Positions 23,763-34,395 of a stretch of DNA of 64,000 nucleotides are shown here, piece after piece. The position numbers were made by a program, and so were the translations under genes. Positions within the stretch are counted from its first letter, which is position 1. Every line of letters begins with the position of its first letter. The notes under the pieces were generated by a model. The model was given only the letters and a program-made list of their open reading frames with translations. It did no database searches and had not been told where the DNA came from. Source of the DNA: an uncultured Bacillota bacterium (GTDB lineage Bacteria > Bacillota > DTU025 > MWDF01). The DNA lies in contig CAWGMK010000010.1 of NCBI GenBank assembly GCA_963823655.1, forward strand, positions 52,311 through 116,310, given 5' to 3'.

Positions 23763-24478
23763 ATGACGCCGACACGACACGATCACGACCAGGGCGCGCT
23801 CGGACAGGCTGCCCCGGCCGAGCCGCCGACCACGCGGCGCCACGTGCTGCGGTCGGGCGGGGCCGCGGCCCTGGCCAGCCTGCTCGGGGTGGTGGGCCTG
23901 GCCTCCGTGACCTCGGCCAAGAACGGCGATCCGCTGCGTGTCGGCGACAAGTCGAGCGCCACCAAGCCCACTCAGCTCGAGTCGTCCAAGGGGCCGGCGC
24001 TGCAGGTGAAGATCAGCGGCAGCGGCGAGGGTGTCGGCGTGCGCGGCTCGGCCAGCTCGGCCAAGGGCGTCGGGCGTGCAGGGCGAGGCCACCTCTGAGA
24101 AGGGCACCTCCATCGGCGTGCAGGGCCTCGTCGAAGTCACCCGAGGGCATCGCCGGCCAGTTCGTGGCGAAGGGCGGCGGCAGCGCCGTGGAGGCGCTGG
24201 CATCGGAGAAGGACGGGGTCGCCCTGCGCACCAAGGGTCGCCTGGAGCTGGGCGGCCGATCGGGCATCGCCTCCGTCTCGGGCGGGGCGGAGTTCGTCAT
24301 CCCCGTGGCCGGCGGCCTCTCCGAGCGATCGCTCGTGCTGGCCACGCTGCAGGAGCACTTCCCCGGCGTGCACGTCGAGTCGGCCAGCGTCCTGGACGCG
24401 GAAGGAGGGCTCGTCGTGGTCCGCCTCAACCAGGCGGTGCCGGAGCCCGCCAAGGTCGGCTGGCTCGTCCTCGACTGA
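23763..24478 (+). CDS. Secreted hypothetical protein with a twin-arginine (Tat) signal and a Gly/Ser/Val-rich repetitive region.
   Basis: MTPTRHDHDQGALGQAAPAEPPTTRRHVLRSGGAAALASLLGVVGLASVTSA (TRRHVL). It is followed by KISGSGEGVGVRGSASSAKGVG...VQGEATSEKGTSIGVQGLVEV and a C-terminal ...FVIPVAGGLSERSLVLATLQEHFPGVHVESASVLDAEGGLVVVRLNQAVPEPAKVGWLVLD*. There is a frameshift near 24070. Confidence 0.45.
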
Positions 24479-27400
24479 TCAGGCCAGCTGCAGTCGCAGC
24501 AGGTCCCCGAAGCGCCGGCGCACGTCGGCCAGCAGCTCGGCGTCGTAGGCGACGCCCACGCCGAGGCGCATCTCCTGCGTGCGCCCGGCACCTGCCGGGA
24601 CGTGGAGCACCACCGGGGTCTGTCCCGGGCGCGACTTGATGAGCGTCCGCAGCTCGCCGAAGGCGGCCACGATGCGCTCGTTCGGGGCGCTGCCGAAGCG
24701 GACGTGAAGCACCTGCCCCGGGCCCGCCTCCATCGCCACGCTGGCAGCCGTGGCCTCGGCGACGATGACGGACCCGACCTCGTCGGGCAACGGGGGCTCC
24801 TCGTCACGGTCTTGAGCCAGGCTGCGGAAGGCCGGAGGCTCCAGCTGGCCCGGAGAGCGGCTCGGGCGGCCCGTCGTCCGGGCCGCCCGCGGCGGGCAGG
24901 TCCCAGCCAGCCGAAGCCGCGGGCGCGGGCGCTGCCACCGGCCGATGCTCCGTGGTCGGGCCGCGGCACGGCCGCCGGACGTCGCGGCGGTGGCGCCCCG
25001 ATGGTGACGACCAGGGTGCCCTGCGGCTGGCTGCCGCGCAGGGGTGAGACGCGCGGGATGGTGATGACCTGAGGCGACGCGCTCGCCGCGGCCCCCAACG
25101 GATCGACTGCCTGGATCCACGGGGCGACCGCATCGGACCCTGACCGAGCGATCGCCACGGGCACCTCAGCGCTGCCAGCGACCGCTGCGGGCCGGGTCAC
25201 GGCCACCGCCGTGCGGGCGCCGTCCGTCCTTCGGCGCGTTCCGCCTGGCCGTTCGCGCGCTCCGGCCACTCCGACGCGGCCCCCGGCGTCCCCGGTCGCC
25301 CGCCGCCACCGCCTGCGCGAAGGCCTCCGGGCCCAGGGCCAGCGCCTCATCCCAGGTCCACACGGAGTCGGCCAGGACCACGGTCTCGTCGCCCTTGTGG
25401 TCGACCCGACCGGCCACGAGCAGCACGCGCGTCCTCGCGCCACGTGTCGCCGGTCTCCGCGTAGGTCCGCGGGAAGACGACGACGTCCACGCTGCCCTGC
25501 AGGTCCTCCAGCGTCACGACGGCCATCGACTCGCGGTTCCGGGTGATGACACGGCGGATGCCCACGGCCATGCCGCCCACCACGACGCGCTGCTGGTCGA
25601 GCGGCTCGCCCACGTCGGCCGACCAGGCGTCGACGTACCTGGCCATCTCGGCAGCCAGCTCGCCCAGGGGGTGGTCGGAGAGGTAGAGGCCCGAGCAGCT
25701 CCTTCTCCCAGCGCAGCCGCTCGCGCGAGGGTGCCTCCGTGCGCACGGGCAGGGGCCGCTCGAGGCTCGCCTCGTCGTCCCCGAACATGTCGAAGAGCGA
25801 GCCCTGCCCGGTCTCGCGATCGCGGGCGCTGGGCCTGGCCGTGGGCCATGGCGTCGTCGAGGCCGTCGAGCAGCTGCGCGGGATGGCCCAGCGAGCGCAG
25901 GGCATCGACCTTGATGAGCGACTCCAGGACGCGCTTGTTGACGAGGCGCAGGTCGATGCGGGCGCAGAGGTCGGCCAGCGAGGTGAACTCGCCACCCGCC
26001 TCGCGGGCGTCGATGATCGACTGGATGGCCCCTCGCCGACGTTCTTGATGGCCAGCAGGCCGAAGCGGATGGAGTCGCCCTCCACGGTGAAGTCGAGGTG
26101 GCTGACGCGGACGTCCGGGCCCGAGCACCTCGATGCCCAGGCGGCGGCACTCGGCGATGGCGCCGGCCACCTTCTCCGTGTTGTCGCGGAAGGCCGACAG
26201 GACGCTGGTCATGTACTCGACCGGGTAGTTGGCCTTCAGGTAGGCGGTCTGGTAGGCGATGAGGCCGTAGCAGGTGGCGTGGGCCTTGTTGAAGCCGTAG
26301 CGCTCGAAGGGCTCGAAGGCCTTGAAGACGGCGTCGATGACCTGGGCGTCCACGCCGCGCTCGGCCGCCTGGCGCACGAACTTGTCCTTCTGGGCGCGCA
26401 GCACCGACGACTTCTTCTTGCGGATGGCATAGCCCAGGGTGTCCGCCTCCGGCCCGGTGAAGCCGCCCAGGGCGATGGCCGCGGCCATGATGTCCTCCTG
26501 GTAGACGAAGATGCCGTAGGTCTTCTCCAGGTAGGGCTTCAGGAGCGGGTGCAGGTAGGTGACCTTCTCCTGGCCGTGCTTGCGCCGGATGTAGGAGGGG
26601 ATGTTGTCCATGGGCCCCGGCCGGAAGAGGGCCACCATGGCCGCCAGGTCGTAGACGGAGGTCGGCCGCAGCTCCTTGATGTAGCGGCGCATGCCCGCCG
26701 ACTCGAGCTGGAAGACGCCCGTCGTCTCGCCGCTGGAGAGCAGCTCGAAGGTCGTCGCGTCGTCGAGGGGGATGCGCTCGAGGTCGATGCGCACCCCGCT
26801 GTGCTGCTCGATGAGGTCCACGGCCTGGCGCAGGATGGTCAGGTTGGAGAGGCCCAGGAAGTCGAACTTGAGCAGGCCCAGGGCCTCCACGCCGTGCATC
26901 TCGTACTGCGTCATGAGGGCGTCCGAGTTGGTGGCCCGCTGGAGGGGCATCAGCTCGGTCAGCGGGTCGCGGCTGATGACGACGCCGGCGGCGTGCGTGG
27001 AGGCGTTGCGCGAGACGCCCTCCAGCTGGCGCGCGATGTCCACGAGCTTGTGGATGCCCTGGTCGCTCTCGACCATCTCGCGGAACGGCGGGGCGACCTT
27101 GAGCGCCTCCTCGAGCGTGATGCCCAGCTGCGTGGGGATGGCCTTGGCGATGCGGTCCACCTCGCCGTAGCCGTAGCCCATGACGCGGCCCACGTCGCGC
27201 ACGGCGGCGCGCGCCAGCATCGTGCCGAAGGTGATGATCTGGGCCACGTGGTCCTGCCCGTACTTGCGGGTGACGTAGTTGATGACCTCGTCGCGGCGGG
27301 CGTCCTCGAAGTCGACGTCGATGTCCGGCATCGTCACGCGGTCGGGGTTGAGGAAGCGCTCGAAGGGCAGCTCGTAGGCGATGGGGTCGACCGGCGTGAT

Positions 27401-28540
27401 GCCCAGGGTGTAGGTGACGATGGAGCCGGGGGCCGAACCGCGGCAGGTGGTGGCGATGCCCTGCTCGCGGGCGAAGCGCGTGAAGTCGGCCACGATGAGG
27501 AAGTAGGCCGCGTAGCCCATGGAGATGATGACGCCGAGCTCGTAGTCGAGGCGCTGGCGGAGGGCCTCGGTGACGGTGCCGTAGCGGCGCTCCAGGCCGC
27601 GCTCGCACTCGGTCCGCAGCCAGGTCTCCACGGTGTAGCCGTCGGGCACGGGGAAGTGCGGCAGGCGCAGCTCGCCGAAGGTCATCTGCAGGTCGGTCAT
27701 CTCGGCCACGCGCCTGCGTGTTCAGTGAGCGCGCGCGGCACGGTCGGGGAAGAGCGCCTCCATCTCCGCGGCCGTCTTGAGGTAGAACTCCTGCGTCTCG
27801 AAGCGCAGCCGGTTGGGCGTGTCGAGGTTGGAGCCGGTGCCCACGCAGAGCAGCACGTCGTGGGCCTCGTGCTGCTCCCGGCGGACGTAGTGCAGGTCGT
27901 TGGTGACGACGAGCTCCGTGCCGGTCTCCGCCGACAGGCGCAGGAGCTTGGGGTTGAGGGCGCGCTGCTCGGGCAGGCCGTGGTCCTGGAGCTCCAGGAA
28001 GAAGCCGTCCGGGCCGAGGATGTCGCGATACTCGCCGGTGACGCGGCGCGCCGCGTCCCAGTCGTCCACCTCGAGGGCCTTGGCGACCTCGCCGCCGAGG
28101 CAGGCGGAGAGGCCGATGAGCCCTGCGCTGTGGCGGGCGCAGCAGCTCGCGGTCGAGGCGCGGCTTGTAGTAGTAGCCGTCGAGGTGCGCCGCCGTGATG
28201 ATGCGGCAGAGGTTCTGGTAGCCCGTCCAGTCCCGGGCCAGCAGCGACGAGGTGGAAGGGCTGCGCGTCGGCCTTGCCCTCGCGGTCGGTCATGCTGCGG
28301 CGGGCCACGTAGGCCTCCACGCCGATGATGGGCTTGATGCCCTTGGCCGTGCAGGCCTGGTAGAAGGCCACCGCGCCGTACAGGGCGCCGTGGTCGGTGA
28401 TGGCCAGGGCGTCGAAGCCGTGGGCGGACGCCTCGCTGACGAGGTCGTTGATGCGCCCGAGGCCGTCGAGCAGGCTGAACTCCGAGTGCAGGTGCAGGTG
28501 GACGAAGTCGTTCGGGGCGATGGGCACGCAGCGATGGTAG
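24479..28540 (-). CDS. dnaE: DNA polymerase III alpha subunit.
   Basis: PHP domain [50 protein letters not shown] (27697..28770 frame). Core: [24 protein letters not shown]...[12 protein letters not shown]...[20 protein letters not shown]...[23 protein letters not shown] (25514..27709). C-terminal OB/tail fragments appear in the 24013-25426 frames, ending ...[40 protein letters not shown]...DLLRLQLA*. There are many frameshifts. A GTG start is at ~28538. Confidence 0.9.
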
Positions 28541-28552
28541 CGGCCGAGGCCT

Positions 28553-28655
28553 CGGGGCGGGCGGGGGCGTCGGGGCGCGGGGCGGGGCGGGGGCGCGGGG
28601 CGTGGGGCGCGGGCGCGGGGCGCGGGGCGCGGGGCGCGGCTGGCGCGGGCTGGCC
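28553..28655. repeat. G-rich heptamer tandem repeat (GGGGCGC and variants, ~14 units) immediately upstream of the dnaE start.
   Basis: gggggcgtcggggcgcggggcggggcgggggcgcggggcgtggggcgcgggcgcggggcgcggggcgcggggcgcggctggcgcgggctgg. It is C-rich on the dnaE coding strand. Confidence 0.8.
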
Positions 28656-29109
28656 CGGGCGGTCCTCGATGATCGACGGGCTGGCGCCCTGCCGGACTCT
28701 GACGCGTCAGGACAGTATCGGCCGAGCGCGCCTGCTCAACGGTCGACATTGCGCCCAAGTTCATGTCCATCGCGGGTCTTCTCGGCCATTCGGTGCGTGT
28801 GACGCCAAGCGCAGCCGATCACAGCGCAGCCGTGGCCCCTCGCAGAGCGCAGATCGGCCGATAGTGTCCTGGGAGGAGAGACGCGGGGACCGGGCCACGG
28901 GGGCGTCCGTGGGCCGCGGCCGGGGCCGTGGGACCGCTCGCGGTTTGGCCCGCTCCGCTCTGCGGATCACGTCCCGGCACCACCACGACAGGGTCGTGAC
29001 GACATCCTCTGGTCGCGACGGGTCGTTGGCCGCAGCCCCGAGCCCCTTCGGCTCGCTGACTGGCGCGCCTGGAGACGCGGCTCAGGCAAAGCGCAGATAA
29101 GTCCGAGCG

Positions 29110-29829
29110 ATGTCCTGGATCAGTGGGCATCCTCAGGACCTCGCCATGCCGGCCAGGGTCCGACGGGTCGATCGAGGGTCTCAGAACGGGCGTCACCTGC
29201 TTGGCACGCTCGCGACCGAGCTTCGAGTCGCCCGTCGCGAGGCTGGCCTGAGCCAGACGAGCGTCGGCCGCGCCGCGGGGATCAGCGGCGGCCACGTTGC
29301 GCGTCTTGAACGCGGAGAGGTGAGCGGCGCTTCGGTCATGCTCTACTCGCGACTGTTCGCCGTGCTTGGACTGCGCCTGAGCGCGCGCGCCTATCCGGAT
29401 GGTGCACCGGTGCGGGACGTCGCCCATCTCCAGCTCCTCGCACGGTTCCGGGCCACGCTGCCGCCGACCATCAGGCTGCGGACGGAAGTCCCGCTGCGAC
29501 TCGACCGCGACCTGCGGGCGTGGGATGGCGAGCTGGAAGTCGTCGGCGGCGTGGAAGCCTCCGGAGCGGGGCGTCGCAGTACATGCAAGCTTGAGGCGGA
29601 GACAGTCCTCTACGACCTCCAGTCGCAGGAACGCCGGGTCGCCCTGAAGATGGCCGATGACCGCGTCGACCGCGTCATCCTCCTGGTGGCAGACACCCAT
29701 CGCAATCGGCGAGTCCTCCGGGAGTTCCGCGAGCAGCTGATGGCTCGCTTCCCGCTCGGCACCGCGGCAGTCATGCGCGAGCTGCGAGCGGGTCGATTGC
29801 CCGGGCGAAGCGGGATCGTCATCCGCTGA
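29110..29829 (+). CDS. XRE-family HTH transcriptional regulator with an uncharacterised C-terminal domain.
   Basis: HTH: LATELRVARREAGLSQTSVGRAAGISGGHVARLERGE. The C-terminal ~150 aa carries a D/E...E.K pattern (RAWDGELEVVGGVEASGAGRRSTCKLEAE) that may be nuclease-fold-like. Intact ORF. Confidence 0.6.
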   Translation: MSWISGHPQDLAMPARVRRVDRGSQNGRHLLGTLATELRVARREAGLSQTSVGRAAGISGGHVARLERGEVSGASVMLYSRLFAVLGLRLSARAYPDGAPVRDVAHLQLLARFRATLPPTIRLRTEVPLRLDRDLRAWDGELEVVGGVEASGAGRRSTCKLEAETVLYDLQSQERRVALKMADDRVDRVILLVADTHRNRRVLREFREQLMARFPLGTAAVMRELRAGRLPGRSGIVIR

Positions 29830-29903
29830 CAGGTGGAGGGCGAGCTGCGAGCGGGTCGATTGCCCGAGCGAAGCGGGATCGTCATCCGCTGACACGTGGA
29901 GGA
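29774..29903. repeat. Perfect-adjacent tandem duplication (2 x ~65 bp) of the XRE gene 3' end, including its stop codon.
   Basis: gcgagctgcgagcgggtcgattgcccgGgcgaagcgggatcgtcatccgctgacaGgtggagg is followed directly by gcgagctgcgagcgggtcgattgcccgAgcgaagcgggatcgtcatccgctgacaCgtggagg. Confidence 0.85.
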
Positions 29904-30339
29904 CGAGCCGCGGCGGCCGGCCCGGGACCCGTCGGTGATCGAGGTGATGTCGAGCTCGCCGGCCACGAGACCGGTCAGGTGCTGCCTGCGGCGCTGGTCC
30001 TTGGCGGTCATCGTGACGGTCGCCCTCATGTCCCGGAGGCTGACAAGTCACGGACCGGTCAGCACTGCCAGATTCTGCGGAGCAACGACACCGAATGGCC
30101 GATTCGCTCGCAGGTCGTAGAATCCCGGTTCGCTGCCCTGCCGTGGTGGGCAGCACCCCAGGGAGGGCATGCCCTTGCTCCCGCCTCCTCCGCGAGAGCC
30201 CAGTCGATGCGCCGATCCAGCGAGCCCGACCCCGCGCGCCTCAGACCCGCGCGCCTCAGACATGTACCTGGCGCGCCGTGCCCGTCCTCAGGTACCGGGA
30301 GTGGTCGCCGCGCCGTCAGCCCGGCAGGGGCAGCACAGG

Positions 30340-32332
30340 TGGCAACCCTCCCGCGACGGCAGACACCTCATCGACAGCAGGCCGCCGCGGCCCTGGTGAT
30401 GGTCGTCGTCATGCTCTTCGGCAGCTGGGCGTTCGCGTCGCCGCCGTGGCCCAGGACGCTGTCGCCGGTGCCGCACGTCGTCGGCCGCCGGAAGGGGCGG
30501 CCATCGACCTGATCCAGGGCGAACGGTCTCCGGGTGGGGTCCCGCTGGCAGCTGCCTACGACGCCGAACGTGCCCGCTGCACGGTCATCAGCCCGGATCC
30601 GGTGGCCGGCACGATCGTCGAGCCGGCGCCACGCCGTCAGCTATGTGCTCAGCGCCGGGCCGCCGCCGCAGTCACGGCAGCCGGCGCCGGAGCCCTGCCC
30701 GACCCCAAAGCCCTCCCCGACCCCAAAGCCGTCGCCCACGCCCAAGCCGCCGCCCACCCCAAAGCCGACGCCCTGGCCGACGCCTCCGGGGGTCAAGGGC
30801 GTGGACGTCTCCCATTGGAACGGCGCGCCCGACTTCGGGACGCTGCGCGGAAACGGCATGGAGTTCGTGTTCTCGAAGGCGTCACAGGGCACGTGGCTCC
30901 AGGACGAGACCTTCCTGCGTAACACGCAGGCGGCCCGCGCGGCCGGCATGCTGCCGGGCGCCTACCACTTCTTCGACTACAACAAGGGCGGCAAGGAGCA
31001 GGCCAGACACTTCCTGGCCACGGTGCAGAACTCGACTGGCCTCGGCGGACTGCTACCCCTCGTCGTGGACGTGGAGACGCTCAAGTCGCTCGGAACGCCG
31101 AACCCCGCCCTGGCGCGCACCCGCCTGCACACGCTCCTGGACGAGCTCTACCGACAGACGGGCCGCTACCCGATGATCTACACGAGTCGCGAGATGTGGA
31201 AGCGCGTCGTCGGCGAGCCGGATGACTTCGGCGCCTATCCGCTGTGGGTGGCCTGCTGGAAGTGCGACAACATCCACCTGCCGCGCGGCTGGTCGGGCTG
31301 GGATTTCTGGCAGGTCGGCCCGTTCCGTTCCCGGGCATGTCGAACCTGGACGGCAACACCTACCGCTCGAGTGCGCAGAAGCTGCGCAAGGAAGTGCAGC
31401 GCGACATGCGCCTCAACAAGGGCGCCGAGTGGTCGGCGAGCACGACCGCCCTGGCCGACCTGTCGCGCTACGACGGCACGGACGTGCGGGTCGCCCTGGA
31501 GGACGGCGGCTTCGGCCCGTGGGCGCCATTTCAGCACCCCTTCCCGGTGCAGCTCGGCGATCAGCAGGGACCCCGCAGCGTCCTGCTGCAGCTGCGCAGC
31601 TACCGCGGCGTCCCGTCGCCGGTCATCAGCGACGCCATCCAGCTCGACTCCGTGCCACCGAAGGTCAAGGGGCCGTGGGTCTCGCTGGTCTCCGGCGGGC
31701 AGCTCAAGCCGAGACGCAGACCGGGTGCCGGTGACGGCCAAGATCGAGGCCACTGACGCCACGTCCGGCCTCGAATCGTCGCGCGTCGAGGCCAGCCTGC
31801 GGGCCGCGTCGGGCCAGTCGCACGCGCCAGGCCCAGGCGGCAGAGCTCGCCATGAACATCGACCGCACGGGCTGCACGATCACCGGCATCGCTACCGACA
31901 AGGTCGGCCTCACTGGCAGCTCGTCGCTCGGCCCGCGCATCCAGCTTCGGGACGTGCGCGAGCGCTCCCGTGACTTCAGCTTCAAGGGTGACTGGAAGAC
32001 GGCCAGGATGAACGAGCGCGATCGGCCGGACGCTCACGCAGGCCTCCGAGCGCGGGGCCCGGATGCGGCTGCCGTTCGAGGGCGCGCAGTACGCCATCGT
32101 GACGCGACGCGGACCATCCGGCGGCCAGCTCGACGTCCTCGTCGATGGCAAGCGGGTCACGACCCTCGACCTCTACGCGAAGAAGTCGGACAGCCGGCGC
32201 ATCGTCCACGTCGGCAGCGTGCCCAGGCGCAAGCACGTCCTGGAGCTGCGCCCGACCGGGACGAGCGACCCGGCCTCGACGGGCACGACCGTCTGGCTGG
32301 ACGCGGTCCTGGTGCTCGACCGGCAGAAGTAG
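30340..32332 (+). CDS. Secreted glycoside hydrolase family 25 (lysozyme/muramidase) with an N-terminal domain, a Pro/Thr-rich linker and a C-terminal extension.
   Basis: Signal-like ...AAAALVMVVVMLFGSWAFASP. Linker PTPKPSPTPKPSPTPKPPPTPKPTPWPTPP. GH25 domain: GVKGVDVSHWNGAPDFGTLRGNGMEFVFSKASQGTWLQDETFLRNTQAARAAGMLPGAYHFFDY...LPLVVDVE...YPMIYTSREMW...WDFWQ. C-terminal frames (31244-32332) end ...VWLDAVLVLDRQK*. There are frameshifts near 30520 and 31320. Confidence 0.6.
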
Positions 32333-32370
32333 CGCCGACGCGAGGCGGGGCGGCGGCCGACGCTCCCCGG

Positions 32371-33520
32371 TCAGTCCTGGAAGCTGACGACCCGGCGAGC
32401 CCCGTCACGGCGGCGCATGGCCGCGAAGGCCGCCTCGATGTCCTCGAGGCGGATCGACTCGCTGATGAGGCGCCCCAGGGGCAGTCGGCCCGCGACCGCA
32501 TCAGCCGCGATCCGGGGAAAGTCGCGTGCCGGGAGACAGGAGCCGTAGTTGGAGCCGAGCAGGCGCTTGCCGTCCTCCACGAAGCGATAGACGTCGATGG
32601 CAGCGGTGGCGTCCATCGCGGTCATGCCCACCAGCGTGACCGTGCCGCCGGGCCGGACCGCGCGCAGCGAGAGCTCCACGGTGTCCGTCAGGCCGATGCA
32701 CTCGAGCACGTGGTCGGGACCACCTGACGCCATCCCGGACGCCAGGGCCATGACCTCGTCCGGCATCACGGTGACCGTCGCCCCGAGCGAGCGCGCCTGC
32801 TCCAGCTTGGCCGGCTCCACATCCACCGCGATGATGGAAGCAGCCCCGGCGTCCACGGCCGCCATCAACGCCGCCAGGCCCACGCCGCCCAGACCGACGA
32901 CGACGACCGACTCCCCTGCCCTCACAGCCGCCGTGTTGCGCACCGCCCCGACGCCGGTGGTGGCCGCGCAGCCGATGAGGGCGGCCACGCCGGGCGGCGT
33001 CCGGGGATCGATCGGGATGGCCGCCTCGGCCGCGACGACCTGACGAGTGGAGAACGTGCCGATCCCCGAGTAGACCCCGAGCCCGGACCCATCCGGGCGG
33101 TGAAGGCGCATGGACGCCGGGTCGAGCCTGTGGCCCGAGCCCCGCGGTGCGGCACAGAGCCACGCCTCGCCACGAAGGCAGGCCGGACACACCGCGCACG
33201 GTGCGGTCCAGGCGAGCGTGACGAGGTCACCGACCCGGAGGCCACCCGCCTCGAGCGGTGCGTCGGGCGGGCGCTCGGTCACGCCATCCCCGAGCTCCTC
33301 GACGATGCCGGCACCCTCGTGCCCGAGGACGACGTCAGCCGGGCGACGCCACTCGCCATCGACGACATGGAGGTCCGAGTGGCACACGCCGGAGGCGACC
33401 ATCCGCACGCGAACCTCGCGTGGGCCGGGCGGGTCGAGCCACAGGTCCTCCAGCGTGGGTGGCCTGTCCGGGCCGTGGTAGACCAGGCCACGGACGGGCG
33501 TTCGGTTCGGGTCCTGGCTC
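32371..33520 (-). CDS. Zinc-dependent alcohol dehydrogenase (MDR superfamily).
   Basis: VRGLVYHGPDRPPTLEDLWLDPPGPREVRVRMVASGVCHSDLHVVDGEW...VLGHEGAGIVEELGDGV...CAVCPACLRGEAWLC...VVVVGLGGVGLAALMAA. The ORF reads through upstream into a Gly/Ser-rich repeat, so the true start is uncertain. Confidence 0.8.
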
Positions 33521-33544
33521 ACGGGCGGCTCTCCTCGTGGGGCG

Positions 33545-33660
33545 GAGGGGGTTCCTCGTCGGGCGCAGCGGCCGCTTCCACTGGCGCCTGGGCCGTGGCC
33601 ACTGGCGCTGCGGCCGCTTCCACTGGCGCTGCGGCCACGTCCACTGCCCCGGTCTCGAGC
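33545..33660. repeat. 21-bp tandem repeat (~5 units) between the plsC and adh coding regions.
   Basis: gccgcttccactggcgcctgg / gccgtggccactggcgctgcg / gccgcttccactggcgctgcg / gccacgtccactgccccggtc. On the minus strand it translates as QWKRPQRQW repeats in one frame and GSGRS repeats in the ADH frame. Confidence 0.7.
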
Positions 33661-33779
33661 AGCCAGGGTCGATCGTTGAAGGCCTCCGAGAGGGTCCGCC
33701 CGAACCAGCCCGGCGGCTCGCGCTCCGGCGACGCCGACCAGCATCGCCTCCAGCCGCTCCTGGACGACGTCGGTCATCG

Positions 33780-34291
33780 CCCGGGCACCGGCCTTGCCGC
33801 GAGCGAAGCCGTCGCGGATGGACCGGCTCGCCGATGCGGACGTCCACGCGGCTGCCGAAGTGCACCCAACGGGTGCCGATGATGGCCGTGGGCACGATGG
33901 GCGCGCGAGCCATCATGGCGAAGTGCGCCAGGCCCGTCTCGAGCGGCAGGATGCGGCCCTCGTGGTCGCTGAGGCGGCCCTCGCCGGCGATGGCCAGGCA
34001 GGCGCCGGTCCGCAGCACGGCCACGGCGCGGCGCGTGGTGTCGATGACGTCCTGTGCCGCGGGCTTGAAGGGCACGCCGCGCCGCGTCCAGGTGATGACG
34101 TGGTTGCGGATGCCCGTGCCCATGTCCTGCTCGCGCGGACCGAAGATGTAGAGCAGGCGCTCGCGGTCCGGCCACGTCGCCGCCAGGACGACGGGATCGA
34201 GCCACGAGGGGTGGTTGAAGCAGATGATGTAGGGGCCGCCGGGCGGCAGCTGCTCGGCGCCGCGGACGCTGGTGCGCACGTAGGCGCTCAC
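33780..34291 (-). CDS. 1-acyl-sn-glycerol-3-phosphate acyltransferase family (PlsC-like); the 3' end is unresolved.
   Basis: MSAYVRTSVRGAEQLPPGGPYIICFNHPSWLDPVVLAATWP (H-x4-D motif), ...FGPREQDMGTGIRNHVITWTRRGVPFKP...LAIAGEGRLSDHEGRILPLETGLAHFAMMARAPIVPTAIIGTRWV. Confidence 0.6.
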
Positions 34292-34395
34292 GAGCGCCTT
34301 GAGGACGAGGCGGACGGCGTGGTAGCGGAGCGGTCCGGGGCTCGTTGTGCTCGGCCGGCTCGACCGTGCGTCAGGCGCTCGGCGACGCTCGGCGC

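Noticed and set aside
28252-30156. Long ORFs 28252..29100 (+) and 28819..30156 (-).
   Set aside because: They are antisense or alternate frames over the dnaE leader, the G-repeat and the XRE gene. The low-complexity Arg/Gly translation comes from the heptamer repeat.
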